A DNA stretch of 64,000 nucleotides from Intrasporangium sp. (GCF_035280925.1 NZ_DATEEY010000181.1:23418-87417); one strand, 5' to 3'. Shown: positions 1 to 9,197, numbered from the stretch's first letter. Notes: a model not told the origin generated them from the sequence alone. Numbers and translations are program-made.

Positions 1-626
1 GCGTCGATGCGCTCGGGCGTGACCAGGGCCGCTAGCTCGTCGTGACGCGCCGCGACGTCGCCGGCGACGTCCCGCAGGACGTGCCGACTGGCATCGAACG
101 CCTGCGCCGCGAATCGCTGGGGCGACGGCGCGCGGCTCGGCCACGAGTGGTGGAAGTAGAGGGCGGCGCCGTGGTCGATGGCGTGGGTCCGGCCGTGCCA
201 CACGAGCAGGTTGGGGTTGGACCACGTGCGGTCGACATTCGCGGTCATGGCGTCCAGCCAGATGATGCGCTCGGCCAGATCCGGGGACGGTGGCTGCGAG
301 CCGTCGTAGCCGAGCGAGCCGGGCAGGAAGTCGACCCCGAGGTTGCTGCCGACGGACGCGGTGAGCAGGTCCTGGACCTCCTCGTCCGCCTCGTACTTCG
401 CGATCCGCTCGTCCAAGGCGATGACGGCGAGATCCGGCACGGGGACGTCGATGGCCCGCGCCAGACCCGCGACGATGACCTCGGCGACGAGCACCTTCAG
501 CCCCTGGCCGGCTCCGCGAAACTTCATGACGTAGGTGCCGTCGTCGCTGGCCTCGACGATCCCGGGGAGCGACCCGCCCTCCTTGAGCGGGGTGACGTAG
601 CGAGTCGCCGTGACCTGGGGCAGCAC
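1..626 (-). CDS. Conserved actinobacterial HipA-like / PI3-PI4-kinase-fold protein; C-terminal part lies outside the window
   Basis: Own minus-strand translation from GTG 626 (in-frame TAG just upstream). It stays open to base 1, so it is absent from the ORF track: VLPQVTATRYVTPLKEGGSLPGIVEASDDGTYVMKFRGAGQGLKVLVAEV...NVDRTWSNPNLLVWHGRTHAIDHGAALYFHH. ORF 42..677(+) is its Asp/Gly/Arg-rich mirror. Confidence 0.65.
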   Translation of the reverse strand, partial: MLPQVTATRYVTPLKEGGSLPGIVEASDDGTYVMKFRGAGQGLKVLVAEVIVAGLARAIDVPVPDLAVIALDERIAKYEADEEVQDLLTASVGSNLGVDFLPGSLGYDGSQPPSPDLAERIIWLDAMTANVDRTWSNPNLLVWHGRTHAIDHGAALYFHHSWPSRAPSPQRFAAQAFDASRHVLRDVAGDVAARHDELAALVTPERID

Positions 627-673
627 GCCGTCAGCCTAGTGGGCGTCGGGCGCGGATCCGCCGACCCGTCTGG

Positions 674-1936
674 CTAGCAGTCCCGCACCAGCGGGGCACG
701 GGCGTCCCACGCGGACACGCGACGCCAGAGTCCCGGCAGAGCAAGGGCCAGCACGCCGAGCACCGCTGCCACGGCGAAGAAGGGCCACGTCGTCGCGCCT
801 CCCGGCGGCAGCGTCCACGCAGCCAGCGTCGCCGCCGTCACCAGGCCGAAGTTGTACATCATGTCCTGGAGCGAGAACGTGCGGCCCAGCAGCGCGTCGG
901 GCACATGGGCCTGCAGCAGGGTGTCGGTGCTGATCTTGACGGTCTGGACCGCGAAGCTGACGACGAAGTTCGTCGCCGAGACGGTCCATGGCGTGAGCCA
1001 GGGCGCCAGCGCCACCGCGGCCACCGCGGAGAGGGCCAGCATCCGCGCCGCGAAGGGGATGGGGTGCCATCGGTGCGTGAGCCACGGGGCGACGAAGGCG
1101 GCCAGACCGAACCCCGCGGCGGCTGCCGCGGCGGCCAGGCCGAAGCCGAGGACGTCGCCGACCTGCTGTCCCGGCTGCGCGAACGGGCCCCGGAACAGCA
1201 GCAGGGTCTGCATCAGCACGTAGCCGAAGGGCAGCCGGGAGACGAGGACGAGCACGAGCAGCAGCCGGGCCCGCCGGGGCAGGGTCCGGAGCGCCTCGAC
1301 GAGCCCTCGAGCCACCGCGGCCAGCACGCGCACCGACCGGGGACCGCCGGCCACGGTATCGGGCCCGATGAAGGGCAGCCGCCGAGCCGCCCAGGCCGCC
1401 GACAGCGCAGCTGCGGCAGCGACGAGGGCGACAGCGGCGTCCGTCCCCAGCGCACTGATGAACCCGCCCACCACGATCCCGGCGAAGAATGCGACGGACC
1501 CGGTGGTCGGGGCCACGGCGTTGCCACTGACGAGATCCTCGGGCGCGATGAGATGGGGCAGCGCCGCCGAGAAGCCGGACAGGATGAAGCGGTTCACCGA
1601 GAAGACGAGCAGGACGACGAGGAAGAAGCCGGGGCCGGTGACGCCGAGGATGATGAGCGCTGCGACGGCCGACATGGCGACCACGCGGGCCAGCTGACTG
1701 ACGACGATCACCTTTCGGCGCGGCCAGCGGTCCAGCAGCGTGCCGGCAAACGGCCCGACGATGCTGTAGGGCAACAGGACGACGGCAAAGGCGGCGGAGA
1801 TCAGCTTCGGGTCGGTGTTCTGCTCCGGGTTGAACAGGACGTGGCTGGCGAGGGCGGCCTGGAAGACACCGTCGCTGCCCTGCGATGTGACCCTGGCGAC
1901 GAAGAGGCGCCGGAACCCCTGGACGCGGAGCAGCAT
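674..1936 (-). CDS. MFS transporter
   Basis: ORF 674..2029. The protein is long and hydrophobic with multiple helices (LLPYSIVGPFAGTLLDRWPRRKV, many G/A/L/V runs). I prefer ATG 1936 (MLLRVQGFRRLF) because a start at 2029 would overlap the divergent start at 2028. The longer start remains possible. Confidence 0.8.
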   Translation of the reverse strand: MLLRVQGFRRLFVARVTSQGSDGVFQAALASHVLFNPEQNTDPKLISAAFAVVLLPYSIVGPFAGTLLDRWPRRKVIVVSQLARVVAMSAVAALIILGVTGPGFFLVVLLVFSVNRFILSGFSAALPHLIAPEDLVSGNAVAPTTGSVAFFAGIVVGGFISALGTDAAVALVAAAAALSAAWAARRLPFIGPDTVAGGPRSVRVLAAVARGLVEALRTLPRRARLLLVLVLVSRLPFGYVLMQTLLLFRGPFAQPGQQVGDVLGFGLAAAAAAAGFGLAAFVAPWLTHRWHPIPFAARMLALSAVAAVALAPWLTPWTVSATNFVVSFAVQTVKISTDTLLQAHVPDALLGRTFSLQDMMYNFGLVTAATLAAWTLPPGGATTWPFFAVAAVLGVLALALPGLWRRVSAWDARAPLVRDC

Positions 1937-2027
1937 CACCAACGCACGCAGGAACGTCACGGCGTCAGCGTACGGGCGTCCTCTCTGACGCCGTTCGTGC
2001 GAGCCGGCGGACGGGTAGGACCTACTC

Positions 2028-2804
2028 ATGAGCTCGTCCGATTCGATTGCGGCCGGCCGTGGAACCGCGCCCGCCGAGCTGGTCCTCGTCCGTCATGCCC
2101 AGAGCGTCGGGAACGTCGCGGCCGACGCCGCCCGGCGCGAGGGACTGAGCCGACTGGACCTGGACACCCGAGACGCGGACACCCCGCTGTCCGACCTCGG
2201 CCGCGAGCAGGCCGCGGCTCTGGCCCAGCACCTCTCGGATCTGGGCCCCGGCCGCCGCCCAGACATCGTGCTCAGCTCACCGTATGCGCGGGCCGCCGAG
2301 ACGGCCGAGCTCGCGTTGGCGGAGTTCGGCGACCTCGACGTGCTGCGGGACGAGCGGCTGCGTGAACGCGACCTCGGCGCGTTCGACCGACTGACCGGAA
2401 GCGGGATCAAGGAGGCCTTCCCCGACGAGGCCGAGCGACGGGGTGCCACGGGCAAGCTCTACTACCGGCCCCCCGGTGGCGAGAGCTGGACGGACGTGGC
2501 CCTGCGGATCCGTAGCGTGCTGTCCGACATCCGCTCCGACTATGCGGGCAAACGGGTCTGGGTCTTCACGCACCAGGCCGTCATCATGAGCTTTCGGCTC
2601 GTCATCGAGGGCTTGGACGAGGCCAAGCTCCTCGAGATCGACCGCGAGATGCCGCTCGGCAACTGCTCTCTCACGACGTACCGCGATCGCGACGGGACTC
2701 TGGCGCTCGACTCCTTCGGTGCCGCCGACCATCTCGAGGCTCGTGACGTGTCCAGGACGCATGAGGAGCCGCACGCCGCGGCGACGGGAGAGTCGGATGG
2801 CTGA
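2028..2804 (+). CDS. Histidine phosphatase (phosphoglycerate mutase) family protein
   Basis: ORF 2028..2804. The N-terminal LVLVRHAQSVGN matches the RHG catalytic motif of the family. Confidence 0.85.
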   Translation: MSSSDSIAAGRGTAPAELVLVRHAQSVGNVAADAARREGLSRLDLDTRDADTPLSDLGREQAAALAQHLSDLGPGRRPDIVLSSPYARAAETAELALAEFGDLDVLRDERLRERDLGAFDRLTGSGIKEAFPDEAERRGATGKLYYRPPGGESWTDVALRIRSVLSDIRSDYAGKRVWVFTHQAVIMSFRLVIEGLDEAKLLEIDREMPLGNCSLTTYRDRDGTLALDSFGAADHLEARDVSRTHEEPHAAATGESDG

Positions 2805-3708
2805 GCGTCTCCCCGGGCAGCCGGACCCGGTGTGGGACACCGTCGTCACGCCGAGCGTGCTGCGCGACTGGCCGCTGCCGGACCCCTTCGGCGACAAGTA
2901 CGACAAGGGTGGAATGCTCATTGTCGGCGGCGGCGCCCAGACGCCCGGTGCGGTCCTGCTCGCCGCCGAGGCCGGGCTGCGGGTGGGAGCCGGAAAGGTG
3001 CGGGTGGCAACCGTTCGCAGCATCGCGCCACACCTCGCGACGGCGGTGCCAGAAGCGTTCGTCGAGGGGCTGCCCGAGGAGGAGGATGGCGACCTCGCGC
3101 CCGACGCGGCCGAGCAGATCCTCGAGCTCGCCGGTTCCGCGGACGCCGTGCTCCTCGGGCCGGGGATCATGACACCCGAGGCGGCGCGCGGGCTGCTCGA
3201 GCGCGTGGTGCCGCACCTCGAGGCCGCGGTGCTCATCGACGGCCTCGGCATGGCGTATCTCACCGGGAACCTGGACGGGGTGCGGCATCTCGCAGGTCGG
3301 GCGCTGCTCACGCCCAACGCCCGGGAGCTGGCCAGGACGCTTGGTCGGGAGGCAGAACCGCAGGACGAGGACGAGATCCGGACGCAGGCGACGGAGCTGT
3401 CGCGCAGGAGCATGGCCGTTGTCCTCGGCGGTGCGGCCACCTCCTTCGTGGCCAGGCCGGATGGCGCCGTGTGGCGCAACGAGGCCGGGGCCCCGGGGAT
3501 GGCGGCAGCGGGGTCCGGGGACGCCAAGGCGGGGGCCATCACCGGCCTGCTCGCGCGTGGCGCCGCCCCGGAGCAGGCGGCTGCCTGGGGGGCGTTCATC
3601 CATGGCCGCGCCGGCGAGCGGCTCACCGCAGCGGTGGGCCGGGTCGGGTTCCTGGCGCGGGAGCTCGTCAGCGAGCTGCCCCTTGCACTGGCCGAGATCG
3701 AGGTCTGA
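2797..3708 (+). CDS. nnrD: ADP-dependent NAD(P)H-hydrate dehydratase
   Basis: In frame with ORF 2719..3708. ATG 2797 overlaps the upstream stop (ATGGCTGA). DKYDKGGMLIVGGGAQTPGAVLLAAEAGLRVGAGKV and the C-terminal GSGDAKAGAITGLLA are typical of the YjeF C-terminal family. Confidence 0.8.
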   Translation: MAERLPGQPDPVWDTVVTPSVLRDWPLPDPFGDKYDKGGMLIVGGGAQTPGAVLLAAEAGLRVGAGKVRVATVRSIAPHLATAVPEAFVEGLPEEEDGDLAPDAAEQILELAGSADAVLLGPGIMTPEAARGLLERVVPHLEAAVLIDGLGMAYLTGNLDGVRHLAGRALLTPNARELARTLGREAEPQDEDEIRTQATELSRRSMAVVLGGAATSFVARPDGAVWRNEAGAPGMAAAGSGDAKAGAITGLLARGAAPEQAAAWGAFIHGRAGERLTAAVGRVGFLARELVSELPLALAEIEV

Positions 3709-3718
3709 GCATGCGACG

Positions 3719-3749
3719 GGCCCCGTGTCCCGGACCGGTACACGGGGCC
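3719..3749. terminator. GC-rich hairpin between nnrD and tRNA-Leu
   Basis: GGCCCCGTGT (3719-3728) pairs perfectly with ACACGGGGCC (3740-3749) around an 11-nt loop. It lies between convergent nnrD and tRNA-Leu. No clear U-tract. Confidence 0.5.
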
Positions 3750-3753
3750 TGCA

Positions 3754-3840
3754 TGGTGTCGAGGGGGGGACTTGAACCCCCACGCCCGTTAAGGGCACTA
3801 GCACCTCAAGCTAGCGCGTCTGCCATTCCGCCACCCCGAC
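3754..3840 (-). tRNA. tRNA-Leu (anticodon GAG), CCA encoded
   Basis: Reverse complement is GTCGGGGTGGCGGAATGGCAGACGCGCTAGCTTGAGGTGCTAGTGCCCTTAACGGGCGTGGGGGTTCAAGTCCCCCCCTCGACACCA. It has a 7-bp acceptor stem (one G-U), anticodon loop TTGAGGT, a long variable arm and a GGTTCAAGTCC T-loop. Confidence 0.9.
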
Positions 3841-3953
3841 AAGGTGATGTGCAAGCGGTCCCGACGCACGTCTGGGGATCCCTTGCGGCGAGGTGAAACG
3901 GTAGCACGGGGCCCCAGCAAATGACCAAACGGGTGGCGGGCACCCGGCGAGCT

Positions 3954-3964
3954 CAGCGGCATAC
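3954..3964 (+). repeat. REP-like repeat copy (CAGCGGCATAC)
   Basis: GAGCTCAGCGGCATACGCTG lies 10 nt upstream of the peptidase ATG. It is one member of the 17-copy family described in the findings. Confidence 0.7.
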
Positions 3965-3967
3965 GCT
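3962..3967 (+). promoter_or_regulatory. -10-like TACGCT, 6 nt before ATG 3974 (leaderless candidate)
   Basis: The box fits TAnnnT and no Shine-Dalgarno sequence is possible in the 6-nt gap. The hexamer is part of the REP-like repeat. Confidence 0.45.
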
Positions 3968-3973
3968 GACGCC

Positions 3974-5320
3974 ATGACGAGCCACGACGCGAAGGACACC
4001 TCCGCAGCGCCCCTGCCGACCGCGCAGGACGAGGTGGCGCGGATCTGCCGGGACCTGATCCGCATCGACTCGTCGAACTACGGGGACGGCAGTGGGCCGG
4101 GAGAGCGCAAGGCCGCGGAGTACGTCATGGCCGAGCTCGCGGAGGTCGGGCTCGAGGCTGAGCTGCTCGAGAGCCAACCGGGGCGTTCGACCGTCGTCCT
4201 GCGGCTCGAGGGCGAGGATCCCGGCCGGCCGGGGCTCGCCGTGCACGGCCACCTCGACGTCGTGCCGGCCAACGCGGCCGACTGGCAGGTCGACCCCTTC
4301 GCCGCCGAGGAGCGCGACGGCTGCATCTGGGGGCGGGGCGCCGTGGACATGAAGGACATGGACGCGATGATCCTTGCCAACCTGCGCGAGTTCGCGCGCA
4401 CCGGGACGCGGCCGGCCCGGACGACGACGTTCGTGTTCTTCGCCGACGAGGAGGCCGGGGGAGTGCAGGGGAGCCACTGGCTCGTCGAACGGCATCCCGG
4501 GTGGTTCGAGGGGGTGACCGAGGCGGTCAGCGAGGTCGGCGGATACAGCGTCACCGTCCCGACTCCTGACGGCGAGCAGCGCGCCTACCTGCTGCAGACC
4601 GCGGAGAAGGGCATCGTCTGGCTCCGCCTCCACGCCCACGGCCGCGCCGGCCACGGGTCGGTGCTGGGCGACGAGAACGCCATCGTGCGGCTCGCCGCGG
4701 CCATCGGCCGCATCGCGGCGCACGAATGGCCCCGCGAGTACATCGCCTCCGTCAAGCAGCTCCTCGACGGCCTGAGCGGCCTCACCCAGATCCCGTATGC
4801 CGCTGGGCTCGATCCGCTCCTGGCCGTCCTCGGCGGGGCGCAGGGTTTCGTGCGCGCGACGCTGCAGGACACGGCGAACGTGACGATGCTCGAGGGCGGC
4901 TACAAGCACAACGTCGTCCCGCAGACAGCGTCGGTCGCGGTCGACTGCCGTTTCCTGCCCGGGCACGAGGACTCGCTGCTGTCGACAGTTCGCGAGCTCG
5001 CCGGGGAGCACGTCGAGGTCGAGGTCGTCCACCGGGACATCGCCCTCGAGGCACCCTGGGACGGCGACCTCGTCGAGGCCATGAAGCAGTCGCTGCTCCG
5101 TGAGGACCCCGGCGCGGCCGTCTTGCCGTACTGCCTGTCGGGAGGCACCGACAACAAGGCGCTGGCCACGCTCGGCATCCGGGGCTATGGCTTCGCGCCG
5201 TTGCGGCTGCCGGCCGACCTCGACTTCGCGCCGATGTTCCACGGCATCGACGAGCGGGTGCCGGTTGAGTCGCTCCGGTTCGGTGCCCGCGTGCTGGGCG
5301 ACTTCCTGCGGACCTGCTGA
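3974..5320 (+). CDS. M20/M25/M40 family metallopeptidase (dipeptidase / desuccinylase-like)
   Basis: ORF 3974..5320. Motifs AVHGHLDVVPA, GRGAVDMKD and FFADEEAGG are typical M20 metal-binding motifs. Confidence 0.85.
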   Translation: MTSHDAKDTSAAPLPTAQDEVARICRDLIRIDSSNYGDGSGPGERKAAEYVMAELAEVGLEAELLESQPGRSTVVLRLEGEDPGRPGLAVHGHLDVVPANAADWQVDPFAAEERDGCIWGRGAVDMKDMDAMILANLREFARTGTRPARTTTFVFFADEEAGGVQGSHWLVERHPGWFEGVTEAVSEVGGYSVTVPTPDGEQRAYLLQTAEKGIVWLRLHAHGRAGHGSVLGDENAIVRLAAAIGRIAAHEWPREYIASVKQLLDGLSGLTQIPYAAGLDPLLAVLGGAQGFVRATLQDTANVTMLEGGYKHNVVPQTASVAVDCRFLPGHEDSLLSTVRELAGEHVEVEVVHRDIALEAPWDGDLVEAMKQSLLREDPGAAVLPYCLSGGTDNKALATLGIRGYGFAPLRLPADLDFAPMFHGIDERVPVESLRFGARVLGDFLRTC

Positions 5321-5333
5321 GGCCCGCCCGCCG

Positions 5334-5519
5334 TCAGGCGGTGCGCTGGACGCGCATGATCTTGCGCCGCAGCCAGAAGCGGTGGACGCCGCCCTCGTAC
5401 CGGACTGACCGGGCCAGCTCCCACCGGCCGTACTCCGCGTGCTCGCGCACGGCCTGGCGCGCGGCTGCCTTGGAGGTGCGCCGGTCGAACGTCAGGATGC
5501 GGTACTCGTACTCGGTCAT
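5334..5519 (-). CDS. DUF5703-like small conserved actinobacterial protein
   Basis: ORF 5334..5540. The core MTEYEYRILTFDRRTSKAAARQAVREHAEYGRWELARSVRYEGGVHRFWLRRKIMRV matches the small family found next to the M20 peptidase in actinobacteria. Start chosen at ATG 5519. Confidence 0.7.
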   Translation of the reverse strand: MTEYEYRILTFDRRTSKAAARQAVREHAEYGRWELARSVRYEGGVHRFWLRRKIMRVQRTA

Positions 5520-5687
5520 CGCGGAACATTGTGACATCACCGAGGCACCCGAGCTCGGGATCCTGCCTTGTGCCGTGCCTGCGCGCCGCCCGGGGGACAG
5601 GTCCCTGGGGTAAGGTCACACGGTCCGGTCCAGGGGGATCGGGGAAGCGCTCGCGCGGCGGGCTCGATCGGCCCAGGAGGGCACCAG

Positions 5688-6482
5688 ATGTTGAAGAGGA
5701 CCCGCCGCTTCGCGGCTGCCGCGGTCGTGCTGCCCGTGGCGTTCATCGCGGCTTGCGGGACGGCGACCGAGACGGAGGCTCCGGCCGCCAACCAGACGAC
5801 CGCGGTCAGCCCGGCCCCGCAGGCGTCAACCGCGCCGGCGGCCCAGGGGCACGGGGACAAGGACGCCTTCATCGCCGCCCTCAAGTCGGGCAGCGACCAG
5901 ATGACCAGCGCCCATGTCGAGATGGTCCTCGAGGGCCAGGGCGAGACGATCACGATGTCCGGAGACACGAAGATCGACCCCACGAACCCGGCCATGCAGA
6001 TGTCGATGGACATGGGCGGCTCCATGAAGCTCGACATGATCGTGCTCGACAAGATCCTCTACCTCCAGGGCATCCCCGGCATCGGGGACGGGAAGTGGGC
6101 CAAGATGGCCCTGAGCGGGGACATGGCCAAGGAGTTCGAGAAGTCGCTCGAGCAGGCCGATCCCTCGAAGATGGCCGAGACGTACGAGCAGGCCATCACG
6201 GACGTCGAGTACGTCGGCCCGGAGACCGTGGACGGGGAGAGCCTGCAGCGCTACGAGGTGACCATGGACACCAAGGCACTCGGGGACACGTTGCCCGATG
6301 ACGCTGCCCAGCTGCCCGACACCTTGACCTACGACATGTGGCTGGATGACGAGGACCGAATCCGCAAGGTCGAGTACTCCGTGTCCGGCATCAAGGGCGA
6401 CATGACCATGAGCAAGTACGGCGAGCCGGTTGACATCACCGCGCCGGCAGCCGCCGACGTCGTCGAGGTCCCCACCTCGTGA
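5688..6482 (+). CDS. Secreted lipoprotein (LolA/LppX-like fold suspected)
   Basis: In frame with ORF 5568..6482. ATG 5688 is preceded by AGGAGG. The signal peptide MLKRTRRFAAAAVVLPVAFIAAC has a lipobox Cys. Confidence 0.75.
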   Translation: MLKRTRRFAAAAVVLPVAFIAACGTATETEAPAANQTTAVSPAPQASTAPAAQGHGDKDAFIAALKSGSDQMTSAHVEMVLEGQGETITMSGDTKIDPTNPAMQMSMDMGGSMKLDMIVLDKILYLQGIPGIGDGKWAKMALSGDMAKEFEKSLEQADPSKMAETYEQAITDVEYVGPETVDGESLQRYEVTMDTKALGDTLPDDAAQLPDTLTYDMWLDDEDRIRKVEYSVSGIKGDMTMSKYGEPVDITAPAAADVVEVPTS

Positions 6483-6506
6483 CGCTCCTTCCCTGACCGA
6501 CGGGTG

Positions 6507-6563
6507 AACGGTCTGCGAACGCTGTCGGCGTCCGCAGGCCGTTTCCCTTTCCTCCTGCTTTTT
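6507..6563 (+). terminator. Intrinsic terminator candidate after the lipoprotein gene
   Basis: AACGGTCTGCG (6507-6517) pairs with CGCAGGCCGTT (6533-6543) with one mismatch. A T-rich run TCCCTTTCCTCCTGCTTTTT follows. Confidence 0.55.
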
Positions 6564-6602
6564 GGTGCGCGCCATACCGTGTCGTCGGCGGCGTGGGTCG
6601 AC

Positions 6603-6608
6603 TACGGT
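6603..6608 (+). promoter_or_regulatory. -10-like TACGGT, 6 nt before ATG 6615 (leaderless candidate)
   Basis: TAnnnT hexamer with a 6-nt spacer to the start codon and no SD. Confidence 0.45.
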
Positions 6609-6614
6609 CAAGTC

Positions 6615-7064
6615 ATGACCGTGGAGCCTCGCGCAGCCCTGGAGCGGCTCATCAGCGCCCTCGAACGCCACTACGAGGCAGCGGGGTCGACACGGGATCC
6701 CGACCATCCGCTCGTCATGGCAGCGGCCCAGGACCTCGCCGAGGCGTTCGACGAGTACGACGAAGCCCTCTTCGACGCCACTGAGGTCGCGACGCCCCTG
6801 GCCGTCTACGGAGACGACTTCGACGGTCACGAGGACGAGGACGACAGCGACACCGTCTATGCCGGGCTCGACCCCGACGAGTACGACGACGAGGACGACG
6901 AGGACGACGACGACCTCGACGACGATGAGGACGACCTCGACGACGAGGACGACGACGATGTCGAGTTGGACGACGAGGACGAGCTGGACGACGAGGACGA
7001 GTTGGACGACGAGGAAGAGCTGGACGACGACGAGACGCCGGACGGCGTGAGGTCCGAGGCCTGA
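6615..7064 (+). CDS. Hypothetical protein with extreme Asp/Glu-rich C-terminal tail
   Basis: In frame with ORF 6504..7064. MTVEPRAALERLISALERHYEAAG... is followed by about 80 residues that are almost only D/E/L (DDEDELDDEDELDDEEELDDDE). Confidence 0.6.
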   Translation: MTVEPRAALERLISALERHYEAAGSTRDPDHPLVMAAAQDLAEAFDEYDEALFDATEVATPLAVYGDDFDGHEDEDDSDTVYAGLDPDEYDDEDDEDDDDLDDDEDDLDDEDDDDVELDDEDELDDEDELDDEEELDDDETPDGVRSEA

Positions 7065-7103
7065 CGAGCCCAACGCCGAGCTACCAGGGACTGGGTCCGA
7101 GAC

Positions 7104-8045
7104 TCACGGGCGTGCGGACACGTCGTCCAAGGCGTCGACGATCTCCGGTGGGAGCGTCAGCTCGAGGCTGGACAGGGCGGTCCTAAGCTGGGCTGCCGTC
7201 CTCGCCCCCACGATGGGGGCAGTCACCCCGGGCCGGTCCCGGACCCAGGCCAGGGCCACCTCGCTCGGACTGACACCGAGGCCACGCGCCGCCATGACGA
7301 CCGCTTCGGACACGCGTCGGGCGTGGTCGTCGAGGAACCGCTCGGCGAAGCCGGGAGAGTCCGGGGACGTGGCGCGCGAGCCGGCCGGTACGCCGGACCG
7401 GTACTTGCCCGTCAGCACCCCGCGCCCCAGGGGCGACCAGGCCAGGATGCCGAAGCCGAGCGCCTCCGCGGCAGGAAGGACCTCTCGCTCGGGCTCCCTC
7501 TCGACGAGTGAGTACTGGATCTCGTTGACCACCAAGGGGACTCGCGCCTGTTCGAGCAAGGTCAGTGCCCTGGAGACCTGCCAGCCGGTGTAGTTGGAGA
7601 CGCCGACGTAGCGCGCGCGACCAGTCCCGACCGCCCATTCGAGGGCGGAGAGGGTCTCCTCGAGAGGGACCTCGTCGGACCAGGTGTGGGCGAGCCAGAG
7701 GTCGACGTGGTCGGTGCGCAGCCGCCCGAGCGAGGTGTCGAGCTGGTGCATGAGGGTGCGCCGGGAGACGTCGACCCGGCGCTCGTCGCCGACACGGTGG
7801 ATTCCCGACTTGGTGCAGATGACGAGGTCCTCCCGGGACACGACCTGGTCGAGCATCTCGCCGATGCACGACTCGGCGTCGCCGCCGCCGTACCCGTAGG
7901 CGGTGTCGATCAGCTCGCAGCCCGCATCGAGGAAGGCGCGGACGTGGTCACCGGCCTCGTGGCGATCGACCGAGTTGCCCCACGTCATCGTCCCGAGGGC
8001 GAGCGGGGCGATCCGGAGGCCCGAGGAGCCGACACGCCTGTGCAT
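7104..8045 (-). CDS. Aldo/keto reductase
   Basis: This is the C-terminal 313 codons of the artefactual ORF 7104..9185. MHRRVGSSGLRIAPLALGTMTWGNSVDRHEAGDHVRAFLDAGCELIDTAYGYGGGDAE is a classic AKR N-terminus. Confidence 0.85.
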   Translation of the reverse strand: MHRRVGSSGLRIAPLALGTMTWGNSVDRHEAGDHVRAFLDAGCELIDTAYGYGGGDAESCIGEMLDQVVSREDLVICTKSGIHRVGDERRVDVSRRTLMHQLDTSLGRLRTDHVDLWLAHTWSDEVPLEETLSALEWAVGTGRARYVGVSNYTGWQVSRALTLLEQARVPLVVNEIQYSLVEREPEREVLPAAEALGFGILAWSPLGRGVLTGKYRSGVPAGSRATSPDSPGFAERFLDDHARRVSEAVVMAARGLGVSPSEVALAWVRDRPGVTAPIVGARTAAQLRTALSSLELTLPPEIVDALDDVSARP

Positions 8046-8053
8046 GACCACGC

Positions 8054-8059
8054 ACGCTA
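8054..8059 (-). promoter_or_regulatory. -10-like TAGCGT (minus strand), 8 nt before ATG 8045
   Basis: The reverse complement reads TAGCGTgcgtggtcATG. Leaderless candidate. Confidence 0.4.
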
Positions 8060-8120
8060 GTCGCTCGGGGCGGGCTGCCCCGGCCTTTCCACGCCGGAAC
8101 CCCTGCTGGCCCGCTGCCGG

Positions 8121-8126
8121 TAGCCT
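8121..8126 (+). promoter_or_regulatory. -10-like TAGCCT, 6 nt before ATG 8133
   Basis: Reads TAGCCTcccagcATG. Leaderless candidate. Confidence 0.45.
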
Positions 8127-8132
8127 CCCAGC

Positions 8133-9197
8133 ATGCGACTCGGAGTGAACGTCGGCTACTGGGACCGCGGAGCCGCAGCGCACGACATCGTGGCCATCGC
8201 CCAGGAGGCGGACCGGCTCGGCTACGACAGCGTGTGGGTCGCCGAGGCCTACGGCTCCGACGCGCCCTCGATGCTCGCGTGGATCGGAGCGCTCACCGAG
8301 CGCATCCACCTGGGGTCCGCGGTGATGCAGATCCCGGCCCGGACGCCGGCGATGACCGGGATGACCGCGGCGACCATCGACACGATGTCCGGCGGACGTT
8401 TCCGGCTCGGCCTCGGAGTTTCCGGTCCCCAGGTCAGTGAGGGATGGCACGGTGTCCGGTTCACCAGCCCGCTCGCGAGGACTCGGGACTACGTCGAGGT
8501 CGTCCGGTCCGTGCTGCGCCGCGAACGGGTCACCCACGACGGACCGCACTACGAGCTGCCGCTGCCGGATGGTCCGGGAAAGGCGCTCAAGCTGGGCTCC
8601 CGTCCACTGCGCAGCGACATCCCGGTCTACCTGGCGGCGGTCGGTCCCCGGAATCTCGCCCTGACCGGTGAGCTCGCCGACGGGTGGCTCGCCATCTTCC
8701 TCAGCCCCGAGCATGCAGGCGAGCAGATCGAGGCGATCTCGGCGGCGCGCCGGGCCGCGGGGCGGGGGACGGAGCAGGACCCCATGGCCGGGTTCGACGT
8801 CGTGTCGTCGACTCCCGTCGTCCTCGTCGAGGACGTCGCGGCGGCTGCGGACCACCTGCGCGACTACTGCGCCCTCTACATCGGCGGGATGGGCTCTCGG
8901 GAGCAGAACTTCTACAACCGGCTCGCCTGTCGGATGGGCTTCGAGGAAGAGGCAGGCCGGATCCAGGACCTCTACCTCGGCGGGCACCACCGCGAGGCGG
9001 CCGCGGCCGTCCCGATCGAGTTCATCGACGAGACGGCCCTGCTGGGGTCTCCCCGGCGGGTGGCGCAGCGCCTGCGCCGCTACGAGGACGTCGGCGTGAC
9101 CACGCTCGCAGTGGCAACCGGCGGCAGAATGACCCGTGAGCAGGCGATGGCGACCCTGGCCGTCCTTGGGGAGCTGCACCCGCACCCCGAGCCCTGA
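8133..9197 (+). CDS. LLM-class (luciferase-like) F420-dependent oxidoreductase
   Basis: ORF 8133..9197. MRLGVNVGYW...DRLGYDSVWVAEAYGSDAPSMLAW...GGRFRLGLGVSGPQVSEGWHG is typical of the luciferase-like monooxygenase family. Confidence 0.8.
   Translation: MRLGVNVGYWDRGAAAHDIVAIAQEADRLGYDSVWVAEAYGSDAPSMLAWIGALTERIHLGSAVMQIPARTPAMTGMTAATIDTMSGGRFRLGLGVSGPQVSEGWHGVRFTSPLARTRDYVEVVRSVLRRERVTHDGPHYELPLPDGPGKALKLGSRPLRSDIPVYLAAVGPRNLALTGELADGWLAIFLSPEHAGEQIEAISAARRAAGRGTEQDPMAGFDVVSSTPVVLVEDVAAAADHLRDYCALYIGGMGSREQNFYNRLACRMGFEEEAGRIQDLYLGGHHREAAAAVPIEFIDETALLGSPRRVAQRLRRYEDVGVTTLAVATGGRMTREQAMATLAVLGELHPHPEP

Noticed and set aside
3754-3973. Integrated element at the tRNA-Leu gene
   Set aside because: No integrase, no direct repeat of the tRNA 3' end, and both flanking genes (nnrD, M20 peptidase) belong to the conserved actinobacterial block.
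7104-9185. 693-aa minus-strand ORF spanning the aldo/keto reductase and the antisense of the LLM oxidoreductase
   Set aside because: Only the last 313 codons look like a real protein (AKR). The upstream part mirrors the + strand F420-type oxidoreductase gene. The same read-through artefact explains ORFs 15092..17080, 29005..30897, 22019..24031, 53803..54987 and 36073..37791 upstream of my chosen starts.
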